A DNA stretch of 64,000 nt from Candidatus Gottesmanbacteria bacterium UBA6580 (GCA_002433895.1 DJJA01000003.1:575745-639744), one strand, 5' to 3'; positions 27,097 to 36,734 are shown, counted from the first letter of the stretch. The notes: a model not told the origin generated them from the sequence alone. Numbers and translations: made by a program.

Positions 27097-28281
27097 TTGT
27101 TATCTATGTTGATAAAACCTGATCTCGCGAGATTTGCCAAAATAAAAGTTGTCGGTATCGGCGGCGGCGGCAGCAATGCGGTCAACTCCATGATCATCAA
27201 CAACCAGATCAATGGCGTTGATTTCATTTCGGTCAACACGGATGCGCAGGCGTTGTTGCTTTCCCAAGCGCAGAGCAAAATCCAAATCGGGGAAAATCTT
27301 ACGCGCGGATTGGGAGCCGGTGGCAGTCCTGATGTCGGGCGCCAGGCAGCCGAAGAATCCAGGGAAAAGATAGCAGAATATCTGCGTGACAGCGATATGG
27401 TGTTTTTAACCTGCGGAGAAGGTGGCGGTACGGGAACAGGCGCGACGCCGGTATTTGCTGAAATTGCCAAAGAATTGGGCGCGCTTACCGTCGCGGTGGT
27501 CACCAAGCCATTTCATTTTGAAGGCACGCGCCGTATGGTATCTGCAGAAGAAGGGATCGCAAATCTTAAGGATAAAGTAGATACCCTTATCGTTATCCCC
27601 AATCAGCGGCTACTTGAAGTGATTGATAAAAAAATGACGCTGGTAGAAGCGTTCCGGGTGACTGACTCGGTGCTTGGACAAGGAGTGCAGGGTATATCCG
27701 ATCTTATTACCATGCCGGGACTAATTAACGTCGACTTTGCTGACGTACGGGCGATTATGACCAATGCTGGCAGCGCCCTGATGGGTATCGGTACCGGGGT
27801 AGGTGAGAACAGAGCCGCAACGGCTGCCCGCACCGCAGTAGCATCGCCGCTTTTGGAAACAACGATCGAAGGAGCGAAGGGTGTGCTGTTTAATATCATC
27901 GGAGGTAACGACCTCACTATGGCAGAGGTAGATGAAGCAGCCAAACTGATTTCGTCCGCGGTTGACCCCGATGCCAACATCATATTTGGCGCAATTATCG
28001 ATGAAAAACTGGTCGATCAGATCAAGATTACGGTGATCGCGACCGGATTTGATGAAACTAAAAAACGCCTCCGCGAAATGACCGGACGTCCAGCAGCATC
28101 AACCGATACCCGTTATGGCTATCCGCGGCAGGCTGCATCATTTACGAAACCAGTACAACCATCACCCATCGAACAACCTGTAGCCCAACAGCCACCGGTT
28201 TCGTTTACTCCACCCGCGGAAGAAAATCCGCCGGAAGAAGATGAGTTTGACATCCCCGCATTCCTACGGCAGCGGAGTTAG
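27097..28281 (+). CDS. ftsZ: Cell division GTPase FtsZ
   Basis: '[15 protein letters not shown]' and '[18 protein letters not shown]' tubulin signature. Confidence 0.9.
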   Translation: MLSMLIKPDLARFAKIKVVGIGGGGSNAVNSMIINNQINGVDFISVNTDAQALLLSQAQSKIQIGENLTRGLGAGGSPDVGRQAAEESREKIAEYLRDSDMVFLTCGEGGGTGTGATPVFAEIAKELGALTVAVVTKPFHFEGTRRMVSAEEGIANLKDKVDTLIVIPNQRLLEVIDKKMTLVEAFRVTDSVLGQGVQGISDLITMPGLINVDFADVRAIMTNAGSALMGIGTGVGENRAATAARTAVASPLLETTIEGAKGVLFNIIGGNDLTMAEVDEAAKLISSAVDPDANIIFGAIIDEKLVDQIKITVIATGFDETKKRLREMTGRPAASTDTRYGYPRQAASFTKPVQPSPIEQPVAQQPPVSFTPPAEENPPEEDEFDIPAFLRQRS

Positions 28282-28489
28282 TCTCGATTGCTTCAAAAAT
28301 CTGCGTTTCAAGTCTTAACTTTTAATGCGTTGTATATATCTTCAGTTAAGACCGAACACTATGAATTTCTTCAGCAAATACGCATCAAACTGTATTACTT
28401 TTGAAGTAATATACTATTGTCTGGCCAATTAATTTTTCACAACTAGTTTTTGTCCGCAACTAAAGAATACTTACGCGCGTTTTATACTT

Positions 28490-29419
28490 TTATCTACTTT
28501 TTAAAGGTGCAAAGTCGGTTAATATTACGTGCTCGCGAAAAGGCAGTTCTTTATTAAACATTAGAAATGCGATTTCATTAACCCACCCTAACTCTTTCCT
28601 TTCTTTTAAAGTATATACGGCGGATACGTTTGCAATGAGCGCGACAACGCGCCCGTTTTCAGCTGCTTGCTTGGTTTTTGTGCTTTTTTGATAGATGTGC
28701 GCTAAGTCTTTGCCTAATAGGCCTTGAATGTAATTTTCCGCAGTGTCGTGATTTTTAGAGTCTAGCCACCTACTGCCTTGTTCGTACTTCGATGACAGGT
28801 CTAGTGCGACAATACCCCCGAAATACTGTCCTTCAGGTAATTTTAGTAATTGCTTAATAGCATCCTCAGTCCTTTGAATTGAAAGAGATATGAAGTCGCC
28901 AGTTATTCGTTTGCATTCTATTGCGTATTTTCGATTATTTGTTTCTAAGTGAATATCTGGGTTGGTAAAAAAGTATATTGTTTTTAACCCTTTGCTAAAT
29001 AATCTTGCAGTCAATAACAGCTCAAACTGATAGTTTCTAGCGGTACTATTTGCAGAGGTTTCGTGTGACGTGAAGTTGGGACCTGTTAGGATGTGCGCTA
29101 ATTTTCGTTCAATTTCAGCTTTGTGACCATTATTAATGGTTAAATGAAGAAAACAAATGTTTTCGAGTATAAATACGATTTCACGTAATTCCTTTAATGC
29201 AAAGCCACATTTTGCGTGATCAAACTTCTTCAGAAAATTATCGTATGTCCCGTCCTTAATCGCTTTGCTTAGTTGTGTTACTAGATTGATATAAAAATAT
29301 AGTCGCCCTCTTTTAGCTTTATCTAAAAGTGATATTGAATTTAAAAAGGGTTCAATGCTTTTAGTTTTTTCAATTAAAGTGTCGTAGCTGATGGTCATAT
29401 TTTCCGTTTGATTATACAC
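28490..29419 (-). CDS. Hypothetical protein with a candidate PD-(D/E)xK nuclease core; encoded in an AT-rich island
   Basis: 'YQFELLLTARL...IYFFTNPDIHLETNNRKYAIECKRI' gives an E...PD...ExK arrangement. GC is well below neighbours. No other recognisable domain. Confidence 0.4.
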   Translation of the reverse strand: MYNQTENMTISYDTLIEKTKSIEPFLNSISLLDKAKRGRLYFYINLVTQLSKAIKDGTYDNFLKKFDHAKCGFALKELREIVFILENICFLHLTINNGHKAEIERKLAHILTGPNFTSHETSANSTARNYQFELLLTARLFSKGLKTIYFFTNPDIHLETNNRKYAIECKRITGDFISLSIQRTEDAIKQLLKLPEGQYFGGIVALDLSSKYEQGSRWLDSKNHDTAENYIQGLLGKDLAHIYQKSTKTKQAAENGRVVALIANVSAVYTLKERKELGWVNEIAFLMFNKELPFREHVILTDFAPLKSR

Positions 29420-29545
29420 TTTAGATTAGTCATAAACATGTCGCACAACCGAGCATTTATGACGTTTTTGGAGTTAAAAGTAGATTGTGAGTATTAGTTT
29501 AGGCCTATAATTTAGTATTTATGTTGTTATAGTGATATAATCGGC

Positions 29546-29860
29546 ATGGTTATGACAAGGCAAGGAATACATATTAAAGAGCACGTCTCGCACGCCGACA
29601 TTTTACAAGCGGCTGGTTTAGAGCCAGAAAATACACGTCCAGTCCGCACAGCTGTCGTGCATATTCATCTTAGGAGACCATCTGCCCGTATGAAGCAAAT
29701 AATGGAGTCACTAGACAGCATGGTGGGAGGGCATAAAATAAGACACAAAGGTACAACTTGGAAAGTAGCCTCAACTGAGAGTATTGCGCCTACCGAACAT
29801 AAAGGTCATACAAAAAATAGGGGTGCTGCATTTGAGTATTTTCTTGAAGAAGAAGTTTGA
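29546..29860 (+). CDS. Hypothetical small basic protein
   Basis: 104 aa ORF. Extended -10 TGATATAAT (29533-29541) lies immediately upstream of the ATG, so the mRNA is probably leaderless. Confidence 0.35.
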   Translation: MVMTRQGIHIKEHVSHADILQAAGLEPENTRPVRTAVVHIHLRRPSARMKQIMESLDSMVGGHKIRHKGTTWKVASTESIAPTEHKGHTKNRGAAFEYFLEEEV

Positions 29861-30139
29861 CCTAGGATACTGGCGCACCCCGTTCTTCATTGATTTTGAT
29901 TGTCTCCACTGGTGTATTCAACCTGAAGACTTAAAAACGCATTGATATTTTTGAAGCAATTGGGGAGGGGTTGAGGCAAAAAGATAATCCTGTCCTATAA
30001 ATCCCCGCATTTCTATGGCAGAGGAGTTAAACGAGCACAAACGCCATCTTTGATTTGCTTCGGGTTTGATAACGGGGGTTAGAGCAGCCAAGTCCCAGTT
30101 TTTTGTTATTTGAAATTTGTATGGTAAAATACCGAAATC

Positions 30140-30481
30140 ATGAAAATTAAGACAGTATCTGCTAAAGGCGAACGCTTGGTTGAGGATGGTCAGGGGGCGC
30201 TCCGTAGGTTTAAGAGAAAGACAGGACAACACCTAAGCGTGTTTGGTGCAGGTCCAGGGATTATGGGCTATGCTGAAACTTCACTTAACCCGACTGCTCA
30301 TGGAGATGGAGCTCATGTCAGCGACAGGGATGACGTGGTGTTCATTGAAAATTTATACGAAAGACCAGTCAGAACGAAGCCAGGAAAAACCTTCAGCCTA
30401 TTTGGAACGGGTGAAATACAAGTAGAAGATACTCAGCCAAAGCCTCGCCAACGAGTACTTAGACTTAAGATATCAGCATAA
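30140..30481 (+). CDS. Hypothetical small protein, paralog family member B
   Basis: 113 aa. Its N-terminus 'MKIKTVSAKGERLVEDGQGALRRF' shares the pattern x-KG-x(6-9)-(G/Q)G(T)A-x-RF with ORFs 30610 and 31144. Confidence 0.4.
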   Translation: MKIKTVSAKGERLVEDGQGALRRFKRKTGQHLSVFGAGPGIMGYAETSLNPTAHGDGAHVSDRDDVVFIENLYERPVRTKPGKTFSLFGTGEIQVEDTQPKPRQRVLRLKISA

Positions 30482-30609
30482 TCCAATATCACTATTGTGA
30501 TTTCGGTTGTCGCTTGTTATATTCTTCCTGAAGACTTAATAGATGCATGGTTTGGGAGATTGAACTGTCCTATAAATCCCCGTCGTCTTAAGGCAGCGGA
30601 GTTAACGAT

Positions 30610-30945
30610 GTGACCACAATCCACAAGGATGTATACAAAGGGAGCAAGACTCTCTCTATAGATATTTCCGTTGAACAAGGCACCGCAACAATCCGTTTTG
30701 GCACGCGCGAACCACGATGGTTATATTGGAGACAAGCAGGTGAAACTACCGCGGTTTTTAAGGAAGCTGATGTGTTGCTTACCGAGACGTCTCGCCGGTT
30801 AAGAAAATCTATTATTCTCCGTTTTGATACCGCAAATACTCACTTAAAACAATGGATTTTGGCACACGAAGATGAGCTTGGGTTTGATGAAGTGGTACCT
30901 CGCACGAGCCGTGCATACCGGGTGACAGTCCAGAAGATATATTGA
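30610..30945 (+). CDS. Hypothetical small protein, paralog family member C (GTG start)
   Basis: 111 aa with 'YKGSKTLSIDISVEQGTATIRF'. GGAG lies 13 nt upstream. Its upstream ~100 bp duplicates the module found before ORF 30140. Confidence 0.4.
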   Translation: MTTIHKDVYKGSKTLSIDISVEQGTATIRFGTREPRWLYWRQAGETTAVFKEADVLLTETSRRLRKSIILRFDTANTHLKQWILAHEDELGFDEVVPRTSRAYRVTVQKIY

Positions 30946-30995
30946 TGTATCTTGCTGCGTCATTATTTGGGGAAGTTTGCCAACTGTTTGTCTGA

Positions 30996-31181
30996 ATGTC
31001 TCGCCGGTTAAGAAAATCTATTATCCATTGGTTTGTCTCTCACCGCGTTTTTCGCATATCGTATGTTGAGGCCATTATTGTGAAAGAATGGATGATAAGA
31101 GTTGATTTCCAAATTAATACCGCATCTGTTATGATGTTGAGCTATGACAACGGTCATCAGGTTAAAGGGGAGAAATGGTGA
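30996..31181 (+). pseudogene. Duplicated fragment of the 30610 gene
   Basis: An exact 27 bp repeat GTCTCGCCGGTTAAGAAAATCTATTAT occurs at 30788-30814 and 30998-31024. The encoded 'SRRLRKSII' matches the internal 'TSRRLRKSIILRF' of ORF 30610. Confidence 0.4.
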
Positions 31182-31497
31182 GACAGAAAAAGTGATTGGT
31201 ACCGCATTCAATTTCCGTGTTATCGGAAAAAATGGACGGACCACGCCGTCACTTCGGGCGACAATGCTTGGCAATATCGAAGCAGATCCGGAGCATTTCG
31301 CTGTGGCGGAAGTGACATTTGGAGCTCATATTGAAGGGTTCTTGCCGAAGAAGCGGGGCACTGCAGGGAACAGCCGTATTTCAGGCTGGATTGACGATGC
31401 GTCACAGCATATCACCTTGCGTGTGAAAGATTCTAGACGCCCGATTGTGTACCGTGGAAGGAGATACCAGGAAGCAACGCTATTTGAACGGGACTGA
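31144..31497 (+). CDS. Hypothetical small protein, paralog family member D
   Basis: 117 aa. 'MTTVIRLKGRNGETEKVIGTAFNFRV' follows the same N-terminal pattern as B and C. Confidence 0.4.
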   Translation: MTTVIRLKGRNGETEKVIGTAFNFRVIGKNGRTTPSLRATMLGNIEADPEHFAVAEVTFGAHIEGFLPKKRGTAGNSRISGWIDDASQHITLRVKDSRRPIVYRGRRYQEATLFERD

Positions 31498-31546
31498 CGA
31501 TCAAAACATCATGCTACGGGAATAGTGTAGTATACGTTTTGTACGT

Positions 31547-32206
31547 ATGCATATCGACATCCTGAAACGTCTCCCCCGAAGAACCATATCACTTCATATT
31601 AATCATGACGGAGCGCTTGAAGTACGCGCCCCAAAGTATGTCCCTGAATTTATTATTCAACGCTTTGTCGCCTCCAAAGCGGGTTGGATAGAAAAAACGA
31701 GGCGAAAACTGGCATCATTGCCCAAAACTACAAAATCCACCTATACAGAAGGATCGGTGTTCCGGCTAGGGGGAAAAGAATATACGCTTCATGTCACTGA
31801 CGGTAACGCCATTGTGTTGACTCCGACAAAGTTATTTTTCCCAAGGAAGTTTATGTCACGGGCACGCTATCACATGGAGGTTTTTTGCAGAAAATTTGCA
31901 AAGCTTTTTTTGACTGAGCGGCTCAATCATTACGCGGAAAAAATGAGCGTTTCATATAAGCGGGTTTCTATCAGGGATACCTCCAGCCGTTGGGGATCCT
32001 GCTCAAGTTCCGGCACGATCAGTTTTTCATACCGGTTGGTGCTCGCTGAGCTGTACATTATTGATTATGTGGTTATCCACGAACTTGCCCATGTAACATT
32101 TCATCATCACCGGCCGTCATTTTGGGCACATGTCGCTTCGTATTACCCTGATTATGTAACTGCCCGGACATGGTTACGGCGGGAAGGGCACACCCTCAAA
32201 ATATAG
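31547..32206 (+). CDS. YgjP/DUF45-family (M48/WLM-like) zinc metallohydrolase
   Basis: C-terminal 'YVVIHELAHVTFHHH' HExxH-type motif and ~220 aa size are typical of DUF45. Confidence 0.65.
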   Translation: MHIDILKRLPRRTISLHINHDGALEVRAPKYVPEFIIQRFVASKAGWIEKTRRKLASLPKTTKSTYTEGSVFRLGGKEYTLHVTDGNAIVLTPTKLFFPRKFMSRARYHMEVFCRKFAKLFLTERLNHYAEKMSVSYKRVSIRDTSSRWGSCSSSGTISFSYRLVLAELYIIDYVVIHELAHVTFHHHRPSFWAHVASYYPDYVTARTWLRREGHTLKI

Positions 32207-32265
32207 CCTGCCCCTTGTCGGTATGGTGGTATCTCCATATACTCAATAAAGATTGGAGCATATTT

Positions 32266-32448
32266 ATGAACAAAAAATCAGTAGGAGTGTTCACACTGGT
32301 TATCCTCGGGATGTATTTTATTTTTTTCCATTCATCGCCATTCCCGTTTAGCCATGACGCGATCGGTTTGCCGCCATTTCATACCGTACACACTATTTTT
32401 GGTGTTGTTCTGCTCGTTGGAGCCGTATTTGTCTGGAAAAAGAAATAA
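32266..32448 (+). CDS. Small two-TM membrane protein
   Basis: 60 aa with two hydrophobic helices. GGAG SD lies 10 nt upstream of ATG 32266. Confidence 0.35.
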   Translation: MNKKSVGVFTLVILGMYFIFFHSSPFPFSHDAIGLPPFHTVHTIFGVVLLVGAVFVWKKK

Positions 32449-32472
32449 GCTTTGTTCCGCTTGTGGCAACCG

Positions 32473-32799
32473 CTATTTTAACCAGTAGGGGAGGCGGACG
32501 CCGTAGGTTTTTAGTTTTTGGGTGACTTCATCATCTTCCGGAGCCGGATGATACATGCTTGCTCTGCCGTATCGGCGTTGGGAAGCGCTTCTCACACGGG
32601 CAAGGGTTTCGATCTGCAGCTCAATATCCCGTATCACCGCAGGGTCCGAAGCGCGTACGGTAAGGGTGGTTTCTTTGTCCTGATACCTGATGCTGATGTC
32701 TTCGGAAAGATGCCAAATTTTCAGCCACCCGAGTAAGCCGCGGCTTTCTTTCACTGACCCTTTTTTGATTTGCCATTGCCCAATTCTTCTATATGTCAT
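32473..32799 (-). CDS. Hypothetical protein
   Basis: 108 aa ORF with no overlapping alternative ORF and no recognisable motif. Confidence 0.35.
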   Translation of the reverse strand: MTYRRIGQWQIKKGSVKESRGLLGWLKIWHLSEDISIRYQDKETTLTVRASDPAVIRDIELQIETLARVRSASQRRYGRASMYHPAPEDDEVTQKLKTYGVRLPYWLK

Positions 32800-32864
32800 G
32801 AGGTGAGGAGTATAGAGGGGGGGAAAACGGCGAAAGTCAATGTGTGTCCGCGGTCAAGGTGATG

Positions 32865-34100
32865 TTAGGAGATTTTCTTTTGATCCCAGAAGTATGAAAA
32901 AGTGAACAGAGTGATAATATAGCCCAGGTGTGACTGCAGGAAGTACCGGGAAAAATACCACGCCATAAGGGTGCCGAACGCCATAAAAAACAACACATTT
33001 TTTTCTTCTTTACTGCCGCGTTTCGTGTGTAGCCAATACAGCAGGAAAGAGACCGTGTAGGCGATAATTTGAATGATCCAAAAAGGGAATGTGCTGTAGA
33101 GTGATTTCACTACTCCCAGTTTTGGGAGCACGGGGCTAAAGCCGATGCCTTCTATGGGATGGATAAATTGTTGTGCCCGCGGGTCGGTCGTCACATACAG
33201 CACCAGACTTTTTATCAGTGCTTCCGCGTGCCACACGAAGAACGGAAGATAGATGGCACCTGCCGTGAGTATAGTAGACAGGAGAAACTGCCGGAATGCT
33301 TTGGCTGGTTGTTGTTTCCATAACCAGTAGGCAAAAAAAGGCGCCGCGACCCATGCGGTTTGCTTGGTGCCCATGGCGAGACCGAGGAGTATGCCCGATA
33401 TGATAAATGACTTTTTTTCTGCTGCAAACAGTGCCCATAGGAGGAGGGCGAGCACCATCACATCATTGGTGCCCTCAGGGATAAACGTTGTAAGGAGCGG
33501 GTTGAGTGCTCCGAATATGAGAAACAGCAGCGTTTTTTCCGAGATGCCGAATTTCCAAAACGCGAGGACAAATAGCGACGCGTAAGCCAAAAGATACACG
33601 ACTCTGATGTCAGACCAGGCAAAGAGTTGTGCAAATACCCGGTACTGCGCCGCCGAAACCAGTAAAAGGAACGGGGGGTGGATATTATTAAAAAGCGCGG
33701 GATTTGTTTTGTTTCCCATCTCATCTATGTATGGCCATTTCGCTAAATCGGATTTGTCGTATGGCGTGCTGTAGGGGTTGAGGCCGAGGAGTAGATATCT
33801 TCCTGCAATTTCTGCCTGCATCGCTGAGTCATTGACGAAATTTTGAGGTAATGTCCGGTGCCGTTCTTGCATATTTGAGATAGTCGGGATGACTGTTGCC
33901 AAGACCGCAAACGCGATGGTCAGCAATAGGCGGAGGTGCAGCGATCGTGCCGGGCGCAGCATGCTTACCATGAGGTAGCAGATGGAGACAAGCGTAAGCC
34001 CCGCGAGGAATATTTCGGTGTGAAGGATGCCTAGCCCCCATCGGTTGATAACAAGGAATACGGCTGAGGAAAAAAGTATCCCTAACACATCCAGACTCAT
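32865..34100 (-). CDS. Polytopic membrane protein, GT-C-like glycosyltransferase (DUF2029/PMT-like)
   Basis: About 11 predicted TM helices, an aromatic-rich periplasmic loop, and general similarity to mannosyltransferase-like GT-C proteins. Confidence 0.5.
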   Translation of the reverse strand: MSLDVLGILFSSAVFLVINRWGLGILHTEIFLAGLTLVSICYLMVSMLRPARSLHLRLLLTIAFAVLATVIPTISNMQERHRTLPQNFVNDSAMQAEIAGRYLLLGLNPYSTPYDKSDLAKWPYIDEMGNKTNPALFNNIHPPFLLLVSAAQYRVFAQLFAWSDIRVVYLLAYASLFVLAFWKFGISEKTLLFLIFGALNPLLTTFIPEGTNDVMVLALLLWALFAAEKKSFIISGILLGLAMGTKQTAWVAAPFFAYWLWKQQPAKAFRQFLLSTILTAGAIYLPFFVWHAEALIKSLVLYVTTDPRAQQFIHPIEGIGFSPVLPKLGVVKSLYSTFPFWIIQIIAYTVSFLLYWLHTKRGSKEEKNVLFFMAFGTLMAWYFSRYFLQSHLGYIITLFTFSYFWDQKKIS

Positions 34101-34235
34101 ACGTCGATCGTAGCATATCGTCTGTTACTTCACCATGGCGCCGGGAAGTGTATGCAGGGGGCAATCTCATTGATTTTCGCGTGGCAAAGACCTATAATAC
34201 AATTCCGCGTTTCAAGTAGAGAGCGTTACGTTCGT

Positions 34236-36248
34236 ATGAAAAACGAATCACGTGTATCTTATAGTGATCATCAGAAGCAGATTGCCCCCCGCGGCGTGGA
34301 GAGTAATAGCCTCCGAGAAACGTTAAAAACCCCTGAGTGTTTTGCGTCAAAACCCCGCATTTTAGCGTTCATGGGAGCCTCCGGTTCAGGGAAAGATTTA
34401 GCCATTGAAATTCTTACGTCGCTGCCTGGCCGCCGCAGTGTTGCACAAAAATTGGAGCTATCGGAGCCAGTGTCGATACGAGTTGTGCCTAAATTAACCG
34501 ACCGTCCGCCCCGGAAGTCCGAGGTATCCAAAATCCCGATCAGTCCGGAAGAATTTACACAATTTAAAGAGCGGGGCCAGCTGATCGGGGAATATGAACT
34601 CAGAAGCAACGGATGCCGGTATGCGTATAGGATAGATGACCTTGTACAAACATGTAAGGAACAATTCCTTGTCGCCGAACCAAGCATTCTCCACATTCTC
34701 GAGTTAAAGCAAAAATTTGGCGATCAGATACACTGCACGTTTTTAACATCTTCCCGTGAATACCGTGAGCAATTATTGCGGCGGCGCGGAAGTGAGTCGG
34801 AAGAGGAAATCAAAAAACGCTTAGACGAAGGCGATGGGCAAACATTTGTAGCGCTGCTGCTTGCGGGAAAGCCGGTCGATTTCATTGAGCAGTTTGTCGC
34901 TCCCGATATATCCCAAAATTTTCAGACACTGATAAATAGTGATCCGCAAACATGGGAAACCGAGGGTAAACTTACGGCATTGCGGGAAAAAGTAGGAGCT
35001 GAATTAGTCGATATTTTGGAGGGTGCTATAGCCAACAAAGGAAAAGTAGTCGATGAGCTTATCAACATTGACCGTTTCAAGACCTTTATTGATGACATTG
35101 TGATACTGGATGACAAATTTGTCACAGAAAATCCTTACCAAGCGGGGCTTTTTTCTGAGTCTATTATCGATACCGCGACCCGTATGCTGCTTAATTCTGA
35201 AAACAAAGTATATAGCGCCGATCAGACTGCGAAAGCCAATGTGATATGTAACCTTCTAGTACCCGAAGCAGCTAAATCGGTAGAAACGGTTTTGGGGGTG
35301 CGGTACAAAGATATTTTTGACGTGATTATGGCAAACCAGGAAGACCGGAAATTGTATATCATGGGAACCAAAGAAGAGCCAATTGAAGCGCGTTGGGTTT
35401 CGTATTACGAAGACCGGAACAGAGTGTTTGGTCTCATCCTCCGTAATCCGGAAAAACCGGGCTCGTTCGTCAGTTTCCGCGCGATAAAGCCGGATGAAAG
35501 TGATGAGGCACTCATTACATTCCATATCGATTTGTCGAGTATCGAGCGTCCGACAGACAGGCGCGTGGCTCAAATGGCGTTTATGTTACAGGCACTCAAA
35601 ATATGTGAAGCCATCGGTATAGAAAATTTTCACTACGCAGAGCATTTTGACATGGTCGATGAAAATGATAATGTCATCGGTATAATTCCGCGGGCGGTCG
35701 CCCATGAAGAAGGCATGCACATACACCGGGCGTCATCCGTGATGGTATGGCGATGGAAAACAGACGAGGCAACAAAAAACAAAGTGAAACAGTTGCTTAT
35801 GGTGCGGCGCAGTAAACACAAAAAAGTAAATCCCGGCGTCTGGCAGGCGGCACCCAGCGGTCATTTGCTCCCCGGAGAAACATACGCAGAGGCAGCCAGG
35901 CGCGAGCTTCGTGAAGAAATGGGAGCTGATTTCGCAAAGGGTGTATCGGTTATTCATCCGCTAATGCCTATCCGTGTGTATTCAGATATGTCCAACACCT
36001 TGCAGCCACAAAAAGAAAATTTTTATGTCTTTATGGCGCAGGTCGACGAAAAAGCATCACACGCGCTCAGCCCGAATTATGAAGCAGAACAAGCGGTATG
36101 GATGGATATAGATACCATACGGAAAATGATGCTTGAAAATCCGCAACAGTTTCGTGACGCGTTCCGTGTTTCTTTTGACGCGATCAACTGGGATGCGGTT
36201 ACCGCTGACAGCGTGCAACTTGCCGCTGGTCAACAGTACGCGAAATAA
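34236..36248 (+). CDS. Multidomain protein: N-terminal guanylate-kinase-like P-loop domain, central unknown region, C-terminal Nudix hydrolase
   Basis: 'FMGASGSGKD' P-loop plus 'VPKLTDRPPRKSEV...ISPEEF...YAY' resembles GMP kinase. The Nudix box is 'GHLLPGETYAEAARRELREEMGA'. The TTGATT-N17-TATAAT promoter (34170-34198) lies inside the longer track ORF, so ATG 34236 was chosen. Confidence 0.65.
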   Translation: MKNESRVSYSDHQKQIAPRGVESNSLRETLKTPECFASKPRILAFMGASGSGKDLAIEILTSLPGRRSVAQKLELSEPVSIRVVPKLTDRPPRKSEVSKIPISPEEFTQFKERGQLIGEYELRSNGCRYAYRIDDLVQTCKEQFLVAEPSILHILELKQKFGDQIHCTFLTSSREYREQLLRRRGSESEEEIKKRLDEGDGQTFVALLLAGKPVDFIEQFVAPDISQNFQTLINSDPQTWETEGKLTALREKVGAELVDILEGAIANKGKVVDELINIDRFKTFIDDIVILDDKFVTENPYQAGLFSESIIDTATRMLLNSENKVYSADQTAKANVICNLLVPEAAKSVETVLGVRYKDIFDVIMANQEDRKLYIMGTKEEPIEARWVSYYEDRNRVFGLILRNPEKPGSFVSFRAIKPDESDEALITFHIDLSSIERPTDRRVAQMAFMLQALKICEAIGIENFHYAEHFDMVDENDNVIGIIPRAVAHEEGMHIHRASSVMVWRWKTDEATKNKVKQLLMVRRSKHKKVNPGVWQAAPSGHLLPGETYAEAARRELREEMGADFAKGVSVIHPLMPIRVYSDMSNTLQPQKENFYVFMAQVDEKASHALSPNYEAEQAVWMDIDTIRKMMLENPQQFRDAFRVSFDAINWDAVTADSVQLAAGQQYAK

Positions 36249-36260
36249 TACAACAGAGGA

Positions 36261-36620
36261 GTGGTGCACTTTTTACCGTGGTATACTATTTGTATGTTGA
36301 TGCAGCTTCTTGTCAACGCACTCGCTTTTTATATTACTGCCTATATCATGCCCGGAATTGAAATAAGCGGTTGGGTGGCGCTTTTTGTAATTTCGGTGGT
36401 GTGGGGGATACTTACCGTTGTCATAAAGCCAATATTGCTATTACTCACGTTACCTATCAACGTCCTGACGTTAGGGTTGTTTACAATCGTCATCAATGCT
36501 ATTTTGCTGCTCATCACAAGTAGTATTGTGCCAGGGTTTACGATTGATGGATTTGGTACCGCGGTACTTGCCGTTATTGTGTTGTCTATTGTGAGCTCGT
36601 TTTTGAATTCCCTCAGGTAA
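36261..36620 (+). CDS. DUF360 / phage-holin-4_2-family small membrane protein
   Basis: Four TM helices and the 'LTLGLFTIVINAILLLITSSIVPGFTIDGF' motif are characteristic of this family. Confidence 0.6.
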   Translation: MVHFLPWYTICMLMQLLVNALAFYITAYIMPGIEISGWVALFVISVVWGILTVVIKPILLLLTLPINVLTLGLFTIVINAILLLITSSIVPGFTIDGFGTAVLAVIVLSIVSSFLNSLR

Positions 36621-36734
36621 GAACCGATTGGCCAGTGACGTGCCAAGTCATTTGTGAGCAGTTCTTTTCCGTATCTCATAAAAAGTGAGATGCATTACAT
36701 GCAATGAATTTACATGAGCATATACTGAGCATAT

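Noticed and set aside
30040-30100. tRNA-like fragment ('GGGGGTTAGAGCAGCC...') upstream of ORF 30140
   Set aside because: It resembles a D-arm only. No acceptor or anticodon stem could be built, so it is probably a chance match.
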